From a virus (lineage: Duplodnaviria > Caudoviricetes): a stretch of DNA of 31,372 bases. Positions 25,703 through 31,372 of this stretch are shown one piece after another; the first letter of the stretch is position 1, and every line of letters begins with the position of its first letter. The notes under the pieces are model-generated. The model saw only the letters and a program-made list of their open reading frames with translations, was not told the DNA's origin and did no database searches. The DNA lies in the IMG/VR virus record IMGVR_UViG_3300033146_004198, positions 1 to 31,372 of that record; one strand, written 5' to 3'. The position numbers and the translations under genes were made by a program.

Positions 25703-27847
25703 ATGGGTAGTAAAAAATCAAGTAGTTCTCCAACTCCAGTAGGTCAAGCAGTTTTTGCAACATTTGCTCTTGGGGTAGCTTCAAAAATAGATAATTTTTT
25801 AGAATTATGGATTGGAGATAATAAAATTTCTGACTTTGGTGAAGAAAGTGATGTTTCTCTAATAAATACTGGTGTTAAAAGCAAACAATATCCAAGTAAT
25901 AGTGGTTTATCTAAAATTAATCATTTCTTTGGTGATAATATTTTATATAATACTTATATGTATTTTAAAACTGGAATAAAACTTAAATATAAAAAAGTAG
26001 CTTATTTATTTTTTGAAGATGCTTTTATTGGTGATAATGTTAATTCAGTACCAAATTACAGTATAAAAGTAAGAAGAACAAATATAATGGGATGGTCAAA
26101 AGATGGAATTTTATTAGATGAAATAAATGGAGAAGCGAATCCAGCTGTAGCACTCTATTATATATTAAATAAAATGGGTAAAATACCAGAAGAATTAATT
26201 AATAGAAATGATTTTGTAAAAGCAGCTTTAACATTAAAAGAGGAAAATTTTGGTATAAGTTTCTCTATAACAGATGCAGATGAAGCAAAAAAATGGATTG
26301 AAGAAATATTAAGACATATAGATGGAGCTTTATTCTTTGATACTATGGTTGGTCAGTATTCTATTAAATTGATAAGAGATGATTATGAAGTTAATAATTT
26401 AATATCTATTGATGAAACAAATAGTGATAAAATAGAGTTTAAAAAACCTACTTGGTCTTCATTAGCAACTTCTGTAACTTTACAATATACAAGTGCTGAA
26501 AATTTTAAGACTACAAGTATAAATAAGACTAATCAAACTACTAAAATATTAAGTAATAATGAAAAACATCAAGTAGTAAAATTATTAGCAATAACAAATC
26601 CAGAGGTAGCAAAGAAATCTTTAAATTCACAATTAAAGAAGTATACTTATCCTTTAAGTAGTGTTTCAATGATGATACCAAGAAATTTACATTTTAAACC
26701 TCTTGATGTTATTAAATTTTCTAATAAAACACTTGGTATAGAAAATATGATTTTAAGGATAATGGAAATAGGTGGAGATGAGTTTAATAAAAATTATTAT
26801 GAAGTTAAATGTATTGAAGATATATTTAATGCTGGTGATTTTAATTTAACAGATGTTCAACAACCATTAGATATTTTAGTAGATTATAATATTAATTATG
26901 ATGCACCTCTTATTAGCAATATTATTTTTTTAAATAATGATATGATAACAGAAGATATACCTGAAATAATTTTTGTAGATAATGCTGGTGATACTTCTAA
27001 TGTAACATTTGATACAATAACATCAGATGATGGTAAAATATACAGACAAGAAGTAGAAAAATTTACAGAATTAAAACAAGATTTATTATTTGAAAAAAAA
27101 TATGAAAATTCTTTTGTAGGTTATAATTTTATAGAAGATAGCATTTTATTAAATAGAAAAGAATGGATGAAAGAGAGAGAAATATCTGAAATAGAATATC
27201 AACAAGGTGTTTTTTCTGCATCTATAAATGGTGAATTAATATCATATAAAAGTATAACATTTGTAGATGAAACAACAGTTAGTATTAATAAATGTATAAG
27301 AAATATAAATAATATAAATATGAAATCACATAATACTAATGATACAATATTCTTTTTATCTAATAACTCTTCTACAATTAAATTTACTAATTATGAAGAA
27401 GGTGGAGAATTACAATTTGATTCAACTTTAAATAATAAATTCAATAGTAGTAATATATTTAATAATAAAACAGAAGATTATAATGATTTTTATATTAAAC
27501 CATATAAAGTTGAAAATGTTAAATGGGATAAATTAACTGGTGAAATTTCTTTTAGTCCAACTTATTTTAAAAAAGAAAATTCTGCAAGTTATCAAGACCC
27601 TGATTCTATTACTTTTAATTCTGAAAATGAAAATAAAGTAGAAGAAAATCAAATTTTTTATATAAAGGCAGAATATAAAATTTTATTAACTGATTTAGAA
27701 TATACTATTTATGAAAATTATTCACAAGATTTATCAGTTTTAACAACCATTTTAGGTAGTTATGAAGATATAAAAAGTTTTAATATATATAATATAATAA
27801 ATAATAAATTAAGCGAAGCAACTGATATATTAAATTTAGTTGATTAA
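25703..27847 (+). CDS. Tail tip / central fiber (gpJ/GTA-like)
   Basis: GEANPAVALY, F..AA.TL.EENFGIS, and ILRHIDG..KLIRDDY motifs. Confidence 0.9.
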   Translation: MGSKKSSSSPTPVGQAVFATFALGVASKIDNFLELWIGDNKISDFGEESDVSLINTGVKSKQYPSNSGLSKINHFFGDNILYNTYMYFKTGIKLKYKKVAYLFFEDAFIGDNVNSVPNYSIKVRRTNIMGWSKDGILLDEINGEANPAVALYYILNKMGKIPEELINRNDFVKAALTLKEENFGISFSITDADEAKKWIEEILRHIDGALFFDTMVGQYSIKLIRDDYEVNNLISIDETNSDKIEFKKPTWSSLATSVTLQYTSAENFKTTSINKTNQTTKILSNNEKHQVVKLLAITNPEVAKKSLNSQLKKYTYPLSSVSMMIPRNLHFKPLDVIKFSNKTLGIENMILRIMEIGGDEFNKNYYEVKCIEDIFNAGDFNLTDVQQPLDILVDYNINYDAPLISNIIFLNNDMITEDIPEIIFVDNAGDTSNVTFDTITSDDGKIYRQEVEKFTELKQDLLFEKKYENSFVGYNFIEDSILLNRKEWMKEREISEIEYQQGVFSASINGELISYKSITFVDETTVSINKCIRNINNINMKSHNTNDTIFFLSNNSSTIKFTNYEEGGELQFDSTLNNKFNSSNIFNNKTEDYNDFYIKPYKVENVKWDKLTGEISFSPTYFKKENSASYQDPDSITFNSENENKVEENQIFYIKAEYKILLTDLEYTIYENYSQDLSVLTTILGSYEDIKSFNIYNIINNKLSEATDILNLVD

Positions 27848-27873
27848 AAGTATTTTAAAAAAAGGTAAAAATA

Positions 27874-29286
27874 ATGGCAGCTTTAGCAAATGGATTACAA
27901 ACAATAGAACTTGGTAGTATAAATTGGAGATTAATATTCAACAGTAATATGCAGATTTTAGATTTAAGTGTTTTTCAAGTAGTTTTAGAAAGTGAATTAC
28001 CAACATCAAATTTTATTAATGGAAGAATTTTTTTAACAAGTGATTCAAATAATATTTATTTTGATAATGGTAGTGGAATTAAAAATATTACTGGAAATAG
28101 AACTGTTGTAGGTTTAGAAGCAGATAAAACAACTGGTTCAGTAGATACAGAATTTTATTTTGCTACTGATACTGGTGCTTTGTATTATAATGATAATGGA
28201 ACTTTCATTAATGCTGGTGGTGGTATTAAAAATGGATTAGATGCTGATAAATTAACTGAAACGATAGATGAACAAATTTACTATGCTACTGATACACAAA
28301 CTTTATATTATAATTCTGCTGGAACTATGATAGATATTAATAAACAAATAAAAGTTGGTTTAGATGCTGATAAATTAACTAAAACAATAGATGGTCAATT
28401 TTATTTTGCTACTGATACTGGTAGTTTTTATTACAATAGTAATAATACTATGGTAGAAGTTGGTGGTGGTGGTGGTAGTTCTTTTGACCCTTTATCTGTT
28501 AATTCAAATATAGTTCCTGATACTACTAATTCAAGATTATTAGGTAGTAATAGTAAGCAATGGTCTATTACTTATACTGGAAATGTATTTAGTAATGCTG
28601 CATTATATATAAATTCTCCTAATAGTTTTTTAAATTTGATGGCTAAAAATGGAGTAAATATTTCAGATAATTATAGTAATGTAGCTTCATTTAGTTATAG
28701 TGCAGGTAATAAATATTATTCGAATGCTTCTAGACCTCATACTTTTTATAAAGGAACTTCTACATTAGTATGTAGAATGGATACAGGACAATTTGGTATT
28801 CAATTTTGGAATTTTATAGCACCTGGTACTGATAATACTTATGATTTAGGGGCATCTAGTTTTAGATGGAAAGATATATATGCTTCAAATGCTGTTATAC
28901 AAACTTCTGATAAAAATATGAAAAAAGATATTTTAGATTTATCTGATGAATTAGTAGAAAAAATAATGGATAGATTAAGACCAGTTTCTTTTAAAATGTT
29001 AGAAGGTAAAAGAACTCATATAGGTCTTATAGCACAAGAAATTGAAGATATTCATGCAGAATTAGGTATAGATATTGCTTGGTTAATTAAATCACCTAAA
29101 ACAAAAGAAATGATTCTTAATAAAGGTAAAAAAAATGAAGAGATAAATAAAGAAATTATACCTAATGAATTTGTGTATGGTTTAAGATATGAAGAGTTCA
29201 CATCTTTAAATATGAAATATTCTCAAATATTAAATAAAAAATTAGAAAATTTAACTAAAAGAATTATTGCTCTTGAAAGTAAATAA
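27874..29286 (+). CDS. Tail fiber/spike with internal repeats and a C-terminal S74 intramolecular chaperone
   Basis: 41-aa repeats (YFATDTG..YYN) and IQTSDKNMKKDI..LRPVSF..HIGLIAQE..LRYEE. Confidence 0.92.
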   Translation: MAALANGLQTIELGSINWRLIFNSNMQILDLSVFQVVLESELPTSNFINGRIFLTSDSNNIYFDNGSGIKNITGNRTVVGLEADKTTGSVDTEFYFATDTGALYYNDNGTFINAGGGIKNGLDADKLTETIDEQIYYATDTQTLYYNSAGTMIDINKQIKVGLDADKLTKTIDGQFYFATDTGSFYYNSNNTMVEVGGGGGSSFDPLSVNSNIVPDTTNSRLLGSNSKQWSITYTGNVFSNAALYINSPNSFLNLMAKNGVNISDNYSNVASFSYSAGNKYYSNASRPHTFYKGTSTLVCRMDTGQFGIQFWNFIAPGTDNTYDLGASSFRWKDIYASNAVIQTSDKNMKKDILDLSDELVEKIMDRLRPVSFKMLEGKRTHIGLIAQEIEDIHAELGIDIAWLIKSPKTKEMILNKGKKNEEINKEIIPNEFVYGLRYEEFTSLNMKYSQILNKKLENLTKRIIALESK

Positions 29287-29287
29287 A

Positions 29288-29752
29288 ATGATTATTTTTA
29301 TTTTATTTAAAAATCCAAAGAAATGGTATCAAAAATTGATACTGTTTTTATTTGGTGTTAAGTATTTTCATTGTGAATTTGTATTAAAAACAAATAATAA
29401 AGAATATTTTTTAAGAACAAATTTTGAAGGAAATGAACTTAATGAAAATTATATTTCTTATAATTCAAAAGATATTGATATCATAAAATATAAAATTAAT
29501 TTAGAACAAGAGAAAAAAATATTAAATTATATGGTAGAAACACATAATAAAAAATATAATTATAAAGATATAATAAAAACTATACTTTTTAACCTAAATA
29601 ATGATAATAATTATAATACTATTAAACAAGAAAAAAGTTATAATTGTTTTCAAAATTTAAAGAATATTTTATTTATTATTAATAGAAAATTATATATAAA
29701 TTTGAAATCAAAAGAAAAATTTTACTTTAAAGAAGAGAAAAATGGAAATTGA
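29288..29752 (+). CDS. Permuted papain-like (YiiX/NlpC-P60) protein, putative
   Basis: His before Cys (YFHCEF..KKYNY..SYNCFQ). The likely start is ATG 29288. Confidence 0.6.
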   Translation: MIIFILFKNPKKWYQKLILFLFGVKYFHCEFVLKTNNKEYFLRTNFEGNELNENYISYNSKDIDIIKYKINLEQEKKILNYMVETHNKKYNYKDIIKTILFNLNNDNNYNTIKQEKSYNCFQNLKNILFIINRKLYINLKSKEKFYFKEEKNGN

Positions 29753-29918
29753 TAAAAAGATAAAAGATTTATTAAATAAAGAAAATTATGGTATTTCTAT
29801 ATCATTAGCAAAAAAATATAATTTTAATGTTAATGATATTTGGAGGCAAGATGCAATTTTTATTCACTCTAAAGAATTACAAAAAATAAAAAATAAAAGA
29901 GAGAGTATAAAATTATGA
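29742..29918 (+). CDS. Hypothetical 58-aa protein (not in ORF track)
   Basis: MEIDKKIKDLLNKENYGISISLAKKYNFNVNDIWRQDAIF... fills the intergenic gap, and its stop overlaps the next ATG (ATGA). Confidence 0.7.
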   Translation: MEIDKKIKDLLNKENYGISISLAKKYNFNVNDIWRQDAIFIHSKELQKIKNKRESIKL

Positions 29919-30301
29919 AAGATATAGAGGATGAAGTATTTAATTTAAAATTAACTCAAACTGCACAACAAGTAATGTTAGATAACATATCTCTTTCTTT
30001 AATAAGAATAACAGAGGTGTTAGAAACAATTACTAATATAGATAAAAATAACGCAGTAAATAGCAGTAAAATACAAGATAACTATAACAGAATACTAAAA
30101 CTTGAAGATAGAAATAAATGGCTTACAAGGGCTTTTATGGGTTCATTAATAGCTATCGTTTTACAATTTGGATATGATACTTATAAGAAAAATATAATAA
30201 TAACAGAAGATAATAAAAAAATTATAATAAATAATAAATTAAAAAAATCAGATAGTAAAAAATTTGAAAAAGAAAAAGAAGAATTATTTCTTTCTCCTTA
30301 A
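29915..30301 (+). CDS. XhlA-like/holin-like membrane protein
   Basis: Coiled coil followed by RILKLEDRNKWLTRAFMGSLIAIVL, a single transmembrane segment. Confidence 0.7.
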   Translation: MKDIEDEVFNLKLTQTAQQVMLDNISLSLIRITEVLETITNIDKNNAVNSSKIQDNYNRILKLEDRNKWLTRAFMGSLIAIVLQFGYDTYKKNIIITEDNKKIIINNKLKKSDSKKFEKEKEELFLSP

Positions 30302-30318
30302 TCTCTTCTATAATTATT

Positions 30319-31372
30319 TTAAAATATATCTATATAAGAAAAATCAATCTTCATACATTTTTTTGTCATCTTATATTTAGGGTGATACTGACTTTTAATT
30401 TTACATTCAAACAGTTCTTCAACCTTATCAGCTTTATATTGTGAAGTTTTCTTAAAGTTATTATCTTTACTTTCTTGAATTAATACTCTAAAAAGTTCTC
30501 CTGGTCTAACTATATATAAAAAACTATTATTATCTTGTACAGAAACATGAACAAAATCTGAATATCTTTTATCATAATCATTATTTAAAGAATCGATTGC
30601 TAACTCTTGTAATCTTTCTTTAAAAAACTCTTTAAGATTAGTCATTAAATCATTATTCATACCAATTCTATTTTCAGAATGAACTTTTATAAGAAAATTA
30701 TGTGCTTCAATATCACTTTTTCTTTTTCCCATTTCTTTGTATCTATTTATTTCTTTTTTTACCTGACTTAATATATAATGTTTTAATATATTAATATAAG
30801 AGTTAGCACCTATTTTTTTAAATTCAGGTAAATCATCTATTCTTTTTGCTTCAGGAAGTTCAAATATAGTTAATCTTTCTTGAATTTGAGAATCAACATA
30901 ACCAGTCACAGATGAACTTTTTTCAGCACTCAACATAATCTTAGCAAACATATCAATTTCAACATTCATTCTACCCTTTGGGTTAATTGAAGCATAATTT
31001 GTTATATCTTTCATTTCTGATTTAAATATTTTAAATTCATCTTCAAATAAAAACATTTTACCTACTAAATTTTCAGGAGTTACAGCAGATCTTGCTTCTA
31101 ACATTGAAGCAAAACTTGGAACTTTTGCAGCTAAACCAATATCTTTATAACAATCCATCCAAAAACTCTTTCCAAAGTTAGCAGGTAATATAAAATTAAA
31201 GAAACTTGTCTTTCTACTGGATGCAAACATACTTGCAACTATTAATTTATTAAATAAATCAAAATATTTATTAAATTTAATATATTCTGTTAAAACAGAT
31301 TCAGCACTTTTTAAATCTTCATTACTTAATTCAGGGATAGGTAAATAATTTATATCATTATTAAAGATAAGA
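30319..31372 (-). CDS. 3' part of the SF3/D5-like helicase (ATPase domain)
   Basis: Walker A-like LPANFGKS, Walker B MFLFEDE, motif B'-like INPKG and motif C-like KIMLSAE. In frame with 623..1. Confidence 0.8.
   Translation of the reverse strand, partial: LIFNNDINYLPIPELSNEDLKSAESVLTEYIKFNKYFDLFNKLIVASMFASSRKTSFFNFILPANFGKSFWMDCYKDIGLAAKVPSFASMLEARSAVTPENLVGKMFLFEDEFKIFKSEMKDITNYASINPKGRMNVEIDMFAKIMLSAEKSSSVTGYVDSQIQERLTIFELPEAKRIDDLPEFKKIGANSYINILKHYILSQVKKEINRYKEMGKRKSDIEAHNFLIKVHSENRIGMNNDLMTNLKEFFKERLQELAIDSLNNDYDKRYSDFVHVSVQDNNSFLYIVRPGELFRVLIQESKDNNFKKTSQYKADKVEELFECKIKSQYHPKYKMTKKCMKIDFSYIDIF
31259..31372. repeat. Terminal direct repeat (circular assembly overlap), copy 2
   Basis: Identical to 1-114. 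Confidence 0.97.

Noticed and set aside
27874-29286. Diversity-generating retroelement target
   Set aside because: No reverse transcriptase and no TR/VR pair differing at adenines. The repeats are in-frame shaft modules.
29267-29287. ORF-track start at 29267
   Set aside because: This TTG lies inside the fiber gene. ATG 29288 directly after the stop is more plausible.
1-31372. Prophage or phage-plasmid lifestyle, and tRNA genes
   Set aside because: No integrase, CI-like repressor, ParA/ParB or host flanks were recognised, and no cloverleaf was seen by eye. A divergent partition system using the array cannot be excluded.

Overview
The window is a complete, circularly assembled, very AT-rich tailed-phage genome. 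Bases 1-114 are identical to 31259-31372, so the unit length is 31,258 bp. The tail is siphovirus-like (tube, frameshifted chaperone, tape measure, no sheath). The probable host is a Campylobacterota bacterium; this is an inference from a Campylobacterota-style stand-alone NrdD glycyl-radical peptide, AAGGA RBSs and TATAAT/TATACT promoters without a clear -35. A minus-strand early block encodes an SF3-like helicase that spans the assembly junction, two sigma70-region-2 proteins and HU. A plus-strand block (8150-30301) encodes terminase, portal, scaffold, capsid, neck, tail and fiber proteins, with lysis and accessory genes interspersed. No integrase, repressor, polymerase or Par system was recognised. 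The most unusual part is a ~3.9 kb non-coding region (3060-6980). It holds an iteron-type origin and a ~1.7 kb array of about 40 degenerate palindromes (AATAAAAA-NN-TTTTTATT) phased at ~38 bp. Seven near-consensus Fur boxes lie in this region, five of them in spacer slots of the array, and other motifs recur in the spacers; this is a candidate DNA decoy/sponge or nucleoprotein scaffold. A 49-aa NrdD glycyl-radical-domain gene (15177-15326) is missing from the ORF track.
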